From a virus (lineage: Duplodnaviria; Heunggongvirae; Uroviricota; Caudoviricetes), in the IMG/VR virus record IMGVR_UViG_3300036801_000212, positions 64,001 through 120,119 of that record: a DNA stretch of 56,119 bases, one strand, 5' to 3'. The notes beneath the pieces are model-generated. The model was not told the origin of the DNA, did not search any database, and saw only the letters and a list, made by a program, of their open reading frames with translations. Position 1 is the stretch's first letter; each line of letters starts with the position of its first letter. This document shows, in pieces, positions 29,412 to 39,448 of this stretch. The position numbers were made by a program, and so were the translations under genes.

Positions 29412-29719
29412 CCATTCCCCTAGCATTCGGGTTCGTCCCGATCCCCGGGACGATGTTTCTCAATCAGTATTCTGATTTCGTCACCGAGATCATCTCCGAT
29501 GCGGGTTCGTGGCCGGACGGATGCTCTATAGAGTTCCGATTCCAGCCGAGCAACACCACCACGTGGACCACATGGCCTGCCACCATTACCGGAGCAACAG
29601 CGTCGTGGGATGTTCTGCCGGCCGATGTAGCGACGTTAGTGGCGACCCAGACGCTACCCGCTTCGAGCGAGTGGATTTTCGGTCAGCATTCGGTGCTTAA
29701 CGGCTCCGTGACGATGTGA
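29408..29719 (+). CDS. small minor tail protein
   Basis: GTGA overlap with the upstream gene; beta-rich. Confidence 0.55.
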   Translation: MTIPLAFGFVPIPGTMFLNQYSDFVTEIISDAGSWPDGCSIEFRFQPSNTTTWTTWPATITGATASWDVLPADVATLVATQTLPASSEWIFGQHSVLNGSVTM

Positions 29720-29726
29720 GCGCCCC

Positions 29727-30113
29727 GTGACCACTCCACGCTTGACCACCCTGGTATATCCCCTAGTGATCCCACAAGGCGCTGACTGGCCTGGGACGAA
29801 TTTCCCGATCGTCGGCCCTGACGGCACCCCGTATGACCTGACCGGCTGCACCGCGAAGGGGCAAATCAGGCCCTTCCCCGGGTCGGGCGAGCTCTACTAC
29901 ACCTGGTCAACGAGCCCCAGTGCAGGTCAGGGGCTAATCACTTTGTCCGGGAGCACGTTGACCATTCGGGTGCTCGCCGACGAATCCGCGTTGTGGACGT
30001 TCATTCGAGGCGCCTACGACATTCTGCTCACCAACCCTGCCGCTCCCGTCGGGCTAAAGGTGTCCCGGGTGGCGATGGGCACCGTCACGGCTTCCCAAGA
30101 AGTCACGATATAA
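29727..30113 (+). CDS. minor tail protein (BppU/LtfC-like Ig fold)
   Basis: LVIPQGADW...PYDLTGCTAKGQIR...GAYDILL...G.VT pattern. Confidence 0.65.
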   Translation: MTTPRLTTLVYPLVIPQGADWPGTNFPIVGPDGTPYDLTGCTAKGQIRPFPGSGELYYTWSTSPSAGQGLITLSGSTLTIRVLADESALWTFIRGAYDILLTNPAAPVGLKVSRVAMGTVTASQEVTI

Positions 30114-30136
30114 ACATAGCTGCTTAAGGAGCACAT

Positions 30137-30397
30137 GTGCCCACTGTTCGTCTCGGCAACCGCGCCGCCATCGACCGGGGTCAAATCCTGGAAGGGAACC
30201 GGGTAACCACAATTCAGATACTCGACGAGAACGACCTCGGCTCGCGGATGCGCACCATCACTCATGCTGACGGTCTATGGCCCAACATGTCTGTTCACCC
30301 CGCCGCGTGGGTTGAGTGTGACGACGATTCTGAGCTGGAAAGCGCGCTTGCGACGCATTTCGGCTGCCCGGTCGGCATGCCCGCCAGCTGGATCTAG
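30137..30397 (+). CDS. small hypothetical protein
   Basis: AAGGAG RBS; 86 aa. Confidence 0.6.
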   Translation: MPTVRLGNRAAIDRGQILEGNRVTTIQILDENDLGSRMRTITHADGLWPNMSVHPAAWVECDDDSELESALATHFGCPVGMPASWI

Positions 30398-30535
30398 CAA
30401 ACGACCAACCAGGTGCGCGGCCTTCTCTGCGACGCCTGCAACAAGGGTCTCGGCGCATTCAAAGATGACACGGTACGCCTGTCGGCGGCCATCGATTACC
30501 TAGAACGGGCTGCCTCGCCTCTAGTCGCAGGCTAA
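30398..30535 (+). pseudogene. endonuclease VII C-terminal remnant
   Basis: Translates [39 protein letters not shown]; no start codon and the DHxH motif is missing. Confidence 0.8.
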
Positions 30536-30548
30536 TCAAATCAGATTA

Positions 30549-30587
30549 CAGAATGGGCACTCCCCGATCCGAGGAGCGCCCATTCTG
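30549..30587 (+). terminator. stable hairpin
   Basis: CAGAATGGGC/GCCCATTCTG stem with inner CTCC/GGAG pairing. Confidence 0.5.
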
Positions 30588-30617
30588 TCGTGCACGTAAA
30601 TCGAAAGGGCAAGTTCA

Positions 30618-31262
30618 ATGCGGGTAAACTCTGGCGCCGATGCTCAGGCGTGCGCGATGGGTGGCGACGTGGCCGGTTACACCGGTACCGCCTCCGGTAC
30701 GACGACGACTACCACGCTTACTGCTACGGGTACGCCATGGGTAGCAAGTGCGTTCGTCGGCCACATTGTTGTGACCACGTCAGCGCCGATGGCGTATGGG
30801 GTCATCACCGCCAACACGACGAGTGTGCTGACGGTGGATCGGTGGTACGCCCCTGGGAGCCCTGGTGGCGCGGCCACAACTACCCCGAGTAACACTACGA
30901 CCTTTGCTGTCCTTCCGGGCAATGCTCCGTACTGGTACATGGCTCTGACTGCCAACGCCTCTGCGGCGTTGGCTACCGACACGGCCTTGACCGGCGAGAT
31001 CACCACAGCTGGCGGTGGTCTGATCCGTCAGCTGGCCACCTATGCTCACACGACTGGCGCGTCTTCCTACTCGTTGGCCGCCACGTTCACGGCCAATGGT
31101 TCTGACTCGTTGGGTTCACCGGTGACCATCGCTAAGATCGGCATTTTTAACACGCTGACCGGTGCAACTGGGCGTATGCAGTTCGAGACGCTGCTGTCTG
31201 CTACCGCCACGATTACCGCCATTGGGGACGCACTGACCGTAACTGACACGGTCAGCCTTTAA
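30618..31262 (+). CDS. minor tail protein
   Basis: Thr/Ala/Gly-rich; DTALTGEI...GLIR...YAHT pattern. Confidence 0.7.
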   Translation: MRVNSGADAQACAMGGDVAGYTGTASGTTTTTTLTATGTPWVASAFVGHIVVTTSAPMAYGVITANTTSVLTVDRWYAPGSPGGAATTTPSNTTTFAVLPGNAPYWYMALTANASAALATDTALTGEITTAGGGLIRQLATYAHTTGASSYSLAATFTANGSDSLGSPVTIAKIGIFNTLTGATGRMQFETLLSATATITAIGDALTVTDTVSL

Positions 31263-31354
31263 TGGATCACGTCCAACATGGGCGACCGCAGGTCAACGTC
31301 ACACAAACCATCACCATGTAGTTGGTGCTCACTACCCAGACGAGGGGTGAGATC

Positions 31355-31567
31355 ATGGCGGAGCTATACCGCCTCATTGAAACCGGTGGCGCCTATCCGG
31401 CGCGGCCGCCAATCGGATATGTCGACTTCCTTGGCTCCGTTGATCCTGGGTCATTGATGCGGGTCGGTGATACCTGGACGCAAACACCATCACCACCAGG
31501 TGGGTATTCGCCTGTTGTCCAGTTCAGGGTGTCTAGGCGTTGCTGGCTGCTTGGTCGGAGTCGTTGA
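31355..31567 (+). CDS. small protein
   Basis: GAGG RBS; YPARP...GDTW motif resembles C-terminal modules of actinophage tail proteins. Confidence 0.4.
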   Translation: MAELYRLIETGGAYPARPPIGYVDFLGSVDPGSLMRVGDTWTQTPSPPGGYSPVVQFRVSRRCWLLGRSR

Positions 31568-33513
31568 TGGCGGGTCCAACCGCACCTCCGACGGGAACGA
31601 GGTTTTCCACCGGGGAAGACCTTTCATTGTTGAATGGACCTACGTCCGCGCCGCCGGGAGCAGTTGTCGTCGCTCCCGGCGGCACCGGGCTAGACAATGC
31701 CACCATCGCCAACCCGGCAGGTGCCACGTTTTACCTGCTCGCTGGCACACACGTATTGGGCGGTGGCTCGCCAAACGAGTTCAACCAGGTCCAGCCCAAG
31801 GCCGGAAACACCTACATCGGTGCGCCCGGCGCGATCCTGAACGGCCGCAACATCAACCGGTACGCGTTCACCGGCACCGCCGCCGGGGTGACCCTCCGCT
31901 ATTTGGAGGTCACCGGCTTCGCCTGTTTCATCGACCAGTTCGTGGTCAACCACGACGCCGGCTCCGGGTGGACGCTTAGTTACTGCAACATCCACGGCAA
32001 CACCGGCGCCGGAGTCGGTATCGGTATCGGCGCGGTGCTATCGCACTGCTGGCTGCACGACAACTCCCAATACGGGTTTTCTTCGTACAAGCCGCCAGTC
32101 GATGCGGGCGCCACCTCGGCGATCACCAACGTCACCGTCGATCACTGCGAGATCGCGCACAACGGGACGCTGTCCGACGAGGTCAACGCGAACGGAACAC
32201 TCACCGGCAACGGCCGTAACGGTGCCTGCAAATTCTGGGACACTAACGGCATCACGGTCACCGACAATTGGGTGCACCACTCCAACTGGGTTGGTATCTG
32301 GGCTGACACGAACAATATCGGTTGCCAAGTTGATGGAAATCTTGTTGAGTACAACGCCGCCATGGCGTTCATGTACGAAATCTCGTACAACTTCTCCATC
32401 ACCAACAACACGTTCCAGTACAACGCCATTTATGCCGGGTTGAACTTCGCCAGCCGGTCAGACAACTTCCCGGTGCCGGCGGTGTACATCTCCGAATCGG
32501 GAGGTGACTCCGGTGCGTCGAGCACCTATGCGGCCAGCGTCATCTCGGGCAACACATTTTTGAACAACTGGGGAGACATCACGCTCTGGGAGAGCGCCGA
32601 TAGGTTCTGCAATTCTCCCGCGAACAGCTCCGGCAAGATTTACAAACCACGCCACGGCGGCGCATCCCTCGCGGTGTGCAACAACCCCGCACCGAAGGTG
32701 CTGACGGTCAGCTTTACTTCGGGTTCGCCCAGCTTCACCGTGACCTCTGGGACGCTGGAATCCACCGACGAAGGTCGACCGGTCAGCGGTATTGGGATAC
32801 CCGCCGGTACGAAAGTGAACGAGCCGACCTCGGCAACCGGCCCAGTCGGATATCTCTCGCCCACGTCGGGTCAAATGAACCAGAACGCCACCATCACAGG
32901 CAGCTCAACTATCACCCTGGCCGCTGGCACCATTAACGTCAATCCGGCCTATACGGCGTGTCGTTGGCATACCCAGAACATCACCATTTCGGGCAACATT
33001 TTCAAACACGATTCAGCTACTGTCCTCAACGGGCAATCATTGCCTTCCGGTGTGATCACTGGCAAGATTGCTCTCCTGTCCCAGTACGGTAGTTATCCCG
33101 CGTGGTCCCCCTACCAGGGATGGACCATCGCGGACTCGATCACGTACAGCCAGAACAACGTATGGTCGGGCAATACGTATCAGGGCGATTACTCGTGGAT
33201 GCCACACGACACAAGCATGGCGGTCACTTTTGCTGCGTGGCAAGCGACATATGGGCAAGATGCCGGGTCGACATTCGGGTCATTCGGCGGGAGTGCCGCC
33301 GTCTCGGATTCGTTGAATGCGGCGGATAGCGCGTCTCGGTCGGTGCGACTTGTGCGTTTTACCACTGATGCGGTTCTCGCCGCAGACACGGCACGCGGTC
33401 CCTCACGCGTGGGCCTACCAGTCTGGACAACCCTCACCGGAACCGGCCGTGTCCCGGTGACCTTATACGCCGAGACCGCCAGCGGCCGTGTCCCAGCAGT
33501 GATCGGAGCCTAA
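31567..33513 (+). CDS. right-handed beta-helix tailspike / putative polysaccharide depolymerase
   Basis: Many PbH1-like repeats (NIHGNTGAGV, WLHDNSQYG, WVHHSNWVGIWAD, VEYNAAMAF). Confidence 0.8.
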   Translation: MAGPTAPPTGTRFSTGEDLSLLNGPTSAPPGAVVVAPGGTGLDNATIANPAGATFYLLAGTHVLGGGSPNEFNQVQPKAGNTYIGAPGAILNGRNINRYAFTGTAAGVTLRYLEVTGFACFIDQFVVNHDAGSGWTLSYCNIHGNTGAGVGIGIGAVLSHCWLHDNSQYGFSSYKPPVDAGATSAITNVTVDHCEIAHNGTLSDEVNANGTLTGNGRNGACKFWDTNGITVTDNWVHHSNWVGIWADTNNIGCQVDGNLVEYNAAMAFMYEISYNFSITNNTFQYNAIYAGLNFASRSDNFPVPAVYISESGGDSGASSTYAASVISGNTFLNNWGDITLWESADRFCNSPANSSGKIYKPRHGGASLAVCNNPAPKVLTVSFTSGSPSFTVTSGTLESTDEGRPVSGIGIPAGTKVNEPTSATGPVGYLSPTSGQMNQNATITGSSTITLAAGTINVNPAYTACRWHTQNITISGNIFKHDSATVLNGQSLPSGVITGKIALLSQYGSYPAWSPYQGWTIADSITYSQNNVWSGNTYQGDYSWMPHDTSMAVTFAAWQATYGQDAGSTFGSFGGSAAVSDSLNAADSASRSVRLVRFTTDAVLAADTARGPSRVGLPVWTTLTGTGRVPVTLYAETASGRVPAVIGA

Positions 33514-33551
33514 TGACCACTTTTGTCAATGACGCGGCACGGGGATATTAG

Positions 33552-34232
33552 ATGCCTAATTCCATTTCGGCGGTTGGTACCGCCGTTGTATCAAGCTTTA
33601 CCGCTCCGCTGCCCGCGTTCAATGTGAATCCGACCGCTGTCGGCAACATGATCGGCCTTGGCATATTGCTGATCGGCAGTTCCGGGGCGACTGGGGTATC
33701 TGGCGGAAACTGCACCTGGACCCGCATAAACACCTCCCCTCCTAACACGGGAGGACTTGGCACAGTCTGTGATCTGTGGCTGGGCGTTGCCACCAGTACC
33801 GGTTCAGCGGCATTGACGGTAACCGGCGGCAGCAGCGGCGGTGACCTTCAGTACCAGCAGTTCGCCGGGGGTGGCGCGGGCACTGTCTGGTCCGTGGACG
33901 GCACCCAACAGGGCACCACGAATTTAAATACTTCTTCCACGTCGTTAGCGTTCCCGACTCTCGTTCCGGGCGGCGCAAGCCGGCTCTATTTTGGCTTTGC
34001 GGGCACCGCCAGTGCGAGCAGCGGCGTGACCTCGGGTTACACCCTGCAAGACCTATCGGCGACCAACGCCGTTGACATCATTTACAACGTGTCGGTATCG
34101 ACGTCACAAAGCCCGGTGGTGACACAAGGTAGTAGCCCGTATCAAACGTGCGGGGCATTGATCATCGCCGCCAGTCCCTCCGCTGCTGCGACGCCCGTAC
34201 AGGTTGTCTCGCAATACAACAGCTTCTTCTAA
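33552..34232 (+). CDS. minor tail protein
   Basis: Ser/Thr/Gly-rich beta protein. Confidence 0.6.
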   Translation: MPNSISAVGTAVVSSFTAPLPAFNVNPTAVGNMIGLGILLIGSSGATGVSGGNCTWTRINTSPPNTGGLGTVCDLWLGVATSTGSAALTVTGGSSGGDLQYQQFAGGGAGTVWSVDGTQQGTTNLNTSSTSLAFPTLVPGGASRLYFGFAGTASASSGVTSGYTLQDLSATNAVDIIYNVSVSTSQSPVVTQGSSPYQTCGALIIAASPSAAATPVQVVSQYNSFF

Positions 34233-34309
34233 CCGCTAAGGCAGCCCCGTCGGCTCTCCCGGCGGGGTTTTTTCGTGCCCGAAACACCCTTGAAAGGGAC
34301 AAAACTCTC

Positions 34310-34777
34310 ATGGCGCGTTACTCCACGATCGCTACCTCTTCAGCCGCTCTCGCCGCCAACACCGCATTCGCCGCCCTAGTGCCCGGCGCCAGCGTCGCGT
34401 TCAAATTGCGTCGTGTCACCCTCGGCGTCATCGCTGGTTCTTCCGCCCCCACCTCGCAGCAGGTGACTGTGGGAATTAACCGTGGCACCGCACGAGGTAC
34501 CGCGTCCACTACCGCTACGCCGCAGCAGCTCGACCCGAGATCACCAGCCAGCGCGATCACCGGGCTGGACACCGCCTGGTCTGTCGCGCCCACCTTGGCG
34601 TCGGCTGACCAGTTTGTGGTGTCGTTCAACACCCAGTCTGGTGTTGATCTGCCTTGGGAGCTGTTGGAAGAATTCGTTTCCGCCACGGGAACCGCGAACC
34701 CGATTGTGTTTGTGAACCGCACCAACGCACTCCCGGCGTCTCATTCGTTCACGATTTCGGTAGAGCACGAGGAGTGA
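34310..34777 (+). CDS. minor tail protein
   Basis: GAAAGG RBS before ATG 34310; follows a T-tailed hairpin at ~34245-34273. Confidence 0.65.
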   Translation: MARYSTIATSSAALAANTAFAALVPGASVAFKLRRVTLGVIAGSSAPTSQQVTVGINRGTARGTASTTATPQQLDPRSPASAITGLDTAWSVAPTLASADQFVVSFNTQSGVDLPWELLEEFVSATGTANPIVFVNRTNALPASHSFTISVEHEE

Positions 34778-34822
34778 CCTGACGTCACTTAGCCCCTCCA
34801 CTTCAAGAGAGGACGTAGCGGG

Positions 34823-36628
34823 GTGAATCGTCGCTGGCGGAATCTACTGATTCGGCGTCAACGCTTTTTTCATGTACCCACTCGGGTCGCCGCGTCGCTG
34901 TCTCGCACAGTTTCCGACAACGCTTCCGCTAGCGATACACCCACCAGAAACTTAACATTCACCCGGTCGGTGGCGGACAACGCAGCCGCCGGTGATTCGG
35001 CTTCACGGCTGCTTGCTGAGTCCCGCGCCATCGCCGATGCGGTAGCCGCAACTGACGTCGTCACGCGGAGTGTTGCTGAGTCCCGATCGGTCGCGGACAC
35101 TGCGGCGTCGTCTGATTCCGCTACTCGTTCTGCTCTGGTGTTCATCCGGGCGGTGTCGGATTCAGCCGCAGCCTCGGATTCTGCTGTCCGGTCGCTGGTC
35201 ACAACACGTAATGTTGTCGATACCGCTTTGGCGTCGGATTCCTCTGTCCGGTCGCCGCAGGTCTACAGCCGGGCCGTTACAGATTCGGCGCCCGCTACGG
35301 ATTCGGCTAGCCGCAACGTTCAAGCCTTCGCTCGTAGTGTTTCCGATTCGGCGCTGGCCAGTGATGCGGTGGCCCGGGCGCAAAGCTTCACCCGCAGTGT
35401 TTCTGACTCTGCTTTGGCGTCCGATGCCGCGACGCGTGCACCCCAGGCGTTCACCCGTGCTCGTAGTGACACGGCGTTGGCGTCCGATTCGGTTGTTAGG
35501 TCTGCGCAGTCGTTTACGCGGACGGTCACCGATGCAGCGGCGGCCACAGATTCCGGTGCGAGGGCCTCGCAGTCCTTCACGCGTACCTGTAGCGATACAG
35601 CGGCTGCGGTTGACTCTGCTGTCAGGGCCGGTGTTGAGGCTCGGACGGCCGTTGACAGTGCTACCGCAAGTGATGTAGCGACCCGATCGCAGGTTAAAGC
35701 CCGCACTGTTACTGATGCTTCAGCGGCAGCCGATACGGTTGTTAGGGCCGCGCAGGTGTTCACCCGCACCTGTAGCGATTCGGCGTTGGCGTCCGACGTG
35801 GCCATCCCGGGCGGCGGGATAATTCGCGCGGTGGCTGATACGGCCTCCGCGACAGATTCGACCACTAGAACGCTTGTTGAAGCCCGCGTTGTCGCAGATT
35901 CCGCATTCGCGGCGGATGCGGTCGCGCGAGGACTTACCTCCACCCGCCCTGTCGGCGATTCGGCCGCGGCGAGCGACGCCGCTGTTCGATCGGCGCAAAA
36001 CGCTACCCGTCTAGTCGCCGATTCAGCACCGGCTGTCGATACCCCCACACGGTCGTCGCACTTCACGCGCTCGGGCAATGACACCGTCGCGGCCGGTGAC
36101 AACATTGTCCGGCTTGTCGTTATTCCCCGCGCCGTCAGCGACAGTGCCGGAGCCAACGACACCGCCAGTGGCGCTGTGCCAAGTATCGGAGCTGTCGCGG
36201 ACTCCGCGTTGGCCGCCGACGCAGCTGCTCGTTCATTGTTGCTGTTGCGTGTTCTCACCGACACCGCTGCCGTAGGGGATGCAGCTAGCCGCAGCTTCAA
36301 TGGTGCCCGAGCGGTCGGCGACACCGCACCCGCATCAGATTCGGCAGCCCCGGTCCCACTTAATTCCGGGTTTGTTGCCGATTCGGCGTTCGCCACCGAT
36401 GCCGCTGCCCGTAACGGTCTGGTGTTCATCCGGATCGTTCTAGATGCGGCGGCGTGCTCTGACGTTGCTACAGCACATCTGCGGCAGTGGGAAGCGTTTT
36501 CGCTGTTCCCCACTTTGACGCGGGGGGTGTACGCCTCCAACCCCGCCGCACTGGGCGCTGTCACCGCGACTTCGGGTGTGGCTGTAGCCGGTGCTCATTC
36601 TGATTCCCCGTCCCCCGTTCTTCGCTAG
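34823..36628 (+). CDS. highly repetitive Ala/Ser/Asp/Arg fibre-like protein
   Basis: More than 20 imperfect ~19-21-aa repeats (R.V.D.A.ASD...R). Confidence 0.75.
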   Translation: MNRRWRNLLIRRQRFFHVPTRVAASLSRTVSDNASASDTPTRNLTFTRSVADNAAAGDSASRLLAESRAIADAVAATDVVTRSVAESRSVADTAASSDSATRSALVFIRAVSDSAAASDSAVRSLVTTRNVVDTALASDSSVRSPQVYSRAVTDSAPATDSASRNVQAFARSVSDSALASDAVARAQSFTRSVSDSALASDAATRAPQAFTRARSDTALASDSVVRSAQSFTRTVTDAAAATDSGARASQSFTRTCSDTAAAVDSAVRAGVEARTAVDSATASDVATRSQVKARTVTDASAAADTVVRAAQVFTRTCSDSALASDVAIPGGGIIRAVADTASATDSTTRTLVEARVVADSAFAADAVARGLTSTRPVGDSAAASDAAVRSAQNATRLVADSAPAVDTPTRSSHFTRSGNDTVAAGDNIVRLVVIPRAVSDSAGANDTASGAVPSIGAVADSALAADAAARSLLLLRVLTDTAAVGDAASRSFNGARAVGDTAPASDSAAPVPLNSGFVADSAFATDAAARNGLVFIRIVLDAAACSDVATAHLRQWEAFSLFPTLTRGVYASNPAALGAVTATSGVAVAGAHSDSPSPVLR

Positions 36629-36690
36629 GAGACCTTGCGGGCGATGACGTAGTAGCCCCCGGCGAAGGTTTTCGTTCTTAAAGGAGCCAC

Positions 36691-37863
36691 GTGACTCTCC
36701 CTACTGATCCAGTCCCAACCTTCGTCGACAGTCCGTCGACTTCCACGCCGCTCGACTCGGCGAATCTGAACGAGTACTCGACCGCTATTGTGCAGCTCCA
36801 GACCTATGTGGCGGGGCTGCAGGTGTACATCCCGTTCACTGGAGTTCAGACCGCGAGCACTGTCACCGCGTCGGCGAACACGTATGTGTTGGTGGACACC
36901 ACTTCAAACTCGGTGACGGTAGATTTTCCCACCGCGCCGACGAACTTCACTGTCGTCGGAGTCAAGCAGGTGACTCGGGGTGGCACTAACACGGTCACCG
37001 CACAACTGGGTGGTTCGGACCATTTCGACACCACCACTGGTTCTCAAACGGCGACACTGACATTGCAGGGTCAAGCCGGTGTGTGGCAATACAACTCGTC
37101 CACTGCTGTATGGGTCCGCATGGCCGATGATCTGCCTTTGTCCCAGCTTGATTCACGATATGTGGCTTCCGGCGGGAGTGTCGTCACCTCGGTTACCGCT
37201 GGGGACTCGACGATCACTATGGGCGGAACTGGCGCCGCGCCGACAGTCAAGGTCGCACAGGGCAACTTGACTCTGGCCGAATCGCAGGTCACTGGGCTAA
37301 CTGCCGCATTGAACCCGACCTATTCGGCGGGTAGTGCATGGGGTCCGAACGTTTATGGCACGTTGATGGAGAATACTGAAAGAGACGATGTCACCAGCAC
37401 TTACGCAATGACGTCGAGCCTAAAAACTCTGCTGGTACTGATCGGACTATGTCCGGCGGCCTCTTATTCGGTATTCAAAACCTTTCAGACTGTTGCTCAA
37501 TCGGGCGGGACACTGACAGCCGCTCTCTATAGTTCGGCGACTATTTCTGGCACATCGTGGTCGCGTCTCGGATCCGGCAATATCACTGCCACGCTCTCGT
37601 CGGGTATCGCCTCGAACTCGCTACCGTTCACGTTGTCGTCACCTGCATTTGTGGCACTCCTGATGTCTTTCACGAGCAGCCCGACAACGTACCCAACACT
37701 CTCGGCTACTGCCGCCGGTGCAGTCCAAGCTGGATTGTTTCAGCCAGCCTCGGGGTGCCCGCTATCCGCGGATCAGAGCGGCGCGGTTACGCCAGGGGCG
37801 ACGTTAAATCCGTTGTCAAGTTTCACGACCATCACTCAAAAGATTTGGTGCGCACTCGCCTGA
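36691..37863 (+). CDS. minor tail / fibre protein
   Basis: AAGGAG RBS; STPLDSANLN N-terminal motif; Thr/Ser-rich. Confidence 0.7.
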   Translation: MTLPTDPVPTFVDSPSTSTPLDSANLNEYSTAIVQLQTYVAGLQVYIPFTGVQTASTVTASANTYVLVDTTSNSVTVDFPTAPTNFTVVGVKQVTRGGTNTVTAQLGGSDHFDTTTGSQTATLTLQGQAGVWQYNSSTAVWVRMADDLPLSQLDSRYVASGGSVVTSVTAGDSTITMGGTGAAPTVKVAQGNLTLAESQVTGLTAALNPTYSAGSAWGPNVYGTLMENTERDDVTSTYAMTSSLKTLLVLIGLCPAASYSVFKTFQTVAQSGGTLTAALYSSATISGTSWSRLGSGNITATLSSGIASNSLPFTLSSPAFVALLMSFTSSPTTYPTLSATAAGAVQAGLFQPASGCPLSADQSGAVTPGATLNPLSSFTTITQKIWCALA

Positions 37864-37885
37864 CCTCAGAAAAGACGGGGGACAT

Positions 37886-38323
37886 ATGCCTTGGCGGTGG
37901 TTGAAAAAATTCCCGGGGGTGAAATCCAGCAGACGTAGAACCGTCTGCCTCCTCATGGGGTTAGCGTGGGTAGCCTACGGGTTCGGAGTCCTATCCGATC
38001 CCTACCCTGAAGCCAGGTTCGGGAAGGTTATTACTTTCCTCACAGCGTTTCTTGACAGCCCCACCACAGGTTTAGTCTGGGTGATCGCGGGTATAGTGGG
38101 GATTGCCGCGGGGTTATCACTGTTGACTGAGTCGATGGCGTTCAGCGCTTTAGTGATACCGCCCGCCGTGTGGGGAATGCTGTACACGTGGTCGTGGGTG
38201 ACCTGGTGTGTTTTCCGCGACCATGGCAACGGTAGGGGGTGGGTTTCGGCAACGGCGTGGTTCGCGTTAGCTTTAATGCTTTCAGTTACAGCTGACTGGC
38301 CCGACGTTAAGGAGAAGGAATGA
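37886..38323 (+). CDS. four-TM membrane protein (lysis region)
   Basis: Four hydrophobic segments. Confidence 0.7.
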   Translation: MPWRWLKKFPGVKSSRRRTVCLLMGLAWVAYGFGVLSDPYPEARFGKVITFLTAFLDSPTTGLVWVIAGIVGIAAGLSLLTESMAFSALVIPPAVWGMLYTWSWVTWCVFRDHGNGRGWVSATAWFALALMLSVTADWPDVKEKE

Positions 38324-38736
38324 TCTCCTGGATCGCGGCTCACTCCACGCTGTCACTGTCCATCCTCGGTGGGGTTATGGTTCCTCTCTTCGTGGCGTTT
38401 TGGTCACACCGAACGGGGAAGCAATCCATCAAGGCGCAGACGAGACAAGCTGACGCCTCCGCCTACGACACCGCAAGAGAAATCTGGGGTGACCTCCTCG
38501 ACGACCTGAAAGAGCAGATCAGTGTTCAACGTCGTGAGATAGGTGCGATGAAGAAGCGCTTCGACGAAGAGATGAAAACTCTTCGTTCCCGGCTGGAAGA
38601 TTTAGAGTCTCAACGTGCCGGTGACCGGAGAGCTATCCACCTCTGGAGGGAATACGCTAAAGCATTGTTGCGGGCATTGAAATCGAACGGCATCGAACCT
38701 CCTCCGCATCCCGACGGTCTCGACTTGGATGAGTGA
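38320..38736 (+). CDS. single-TM coiled-coil membrane protein
   Basis: N-terminal TM followed by a heptad-rich region; AAGGAG RBS. Confidence 0.7.
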   Translation: MISWIAAHSTLSLSILGGVMVPLFVAFWSHRTGKQSIKAQTRQADASAYDTAREIWGDLLDDLKEQISVQRREIGAMKKRFDEEMKTLRSRLEDLESQRAGDRRAIHLWREYAKALLRALKSNGIEPPPHPDGLDLDE

Positions 38737-39239
38737 TGGGGAAACATTTTCATCGCCCACGGCGTTGGTCACGTTTTCGTCCGTCCCCAACATCGCGTCG
38801 CAACGTTCTCCTACTTGTCGCCGCACTGGGAGCTGGATGGCTATCCGGACATGTAGGTCCACATCCTGGTTCCGACACTCCCCAAATGGTGCCACAAGCC
38901 GAAGCGGCGAGTAGGGCACAGAAGTTCGCGAACGATGTGATCGGTCAGTGCAACATCAACCCAGGTGGGTGTACCACTCAGCTCACGGGCGAAGCGGCCG
39001 AGGTCGCATCTACTCCCATCCATGACGGGGTCGACGGTAAGGACGGAGCCGATGGCAACGACGGGAAAGACGGCAAGCCGGGGAAAGATGGCAAGGACGG
39101 GAAGGACGCTCCCGACGTAATGGAAATCTTCAAGTTCCCGAACGGCACCGCATGGGCGTGTCCCCGTACTGGCGCAACAGGTACTACTTCTATCCACGAC
39201 TGCACGTCCGCGAAGATTGAACAACCGGAAGGTAAATAA
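38733..39239 (+). CDS. membrane-anchored collagen-like protein
   Basis: TM segment, (G-K-D)n triplets and two Cys pairs. Confidence 0.7.
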   Translation: MMGKHFHRPRRWSRFRPSPTSRRNVLLLVAALGAGWLSGHVGPHPGSDTPQMVPQAEAASRAQKFANDVIGQCNINPGGCTTQLTGEAAEVASTPIHDGVDGKDGADGNDGKDGKPGKDGKDGKDAPDVMEIFKFPNGTAWACPRTGATGTTSIHDCTSAKIEQPEGK

Positions 39240-39240
39240 T

Positions 39241-39447
39241 ATGCGACGCATCATGGCCGTCTTGGCCGCCGCGGCTATTGGCGTACTCGGCGCCGGCAGC
39301 GCGCAAGCTCACGACTTCCATCGCCACCCCCATCCTCAGCTTTGCAACATTCTCTTCAACTGCCCGACCTACCCCGAATTCTCATACCACCACGACTTTG
39401 GACATGACTTTGGACATGGCCATTCCACCGGAAGGCGGCAGCACTGA
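39241..39447 (+). CDS. small secreted His-rich peptide
   Basis: Signal peptide MRRIMAVLAAAAIGVLGAGSAQA followed by a His-rich mature part. Confidence 0.65.
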   Translation: MRRIMAVLAAAAIGVLGAGSAQAHDFHRHPHPQLCNILFNCPTYPEFSYHHDFGHDFGHGHSTGRRQH

Positions 39448-39448
39448 T

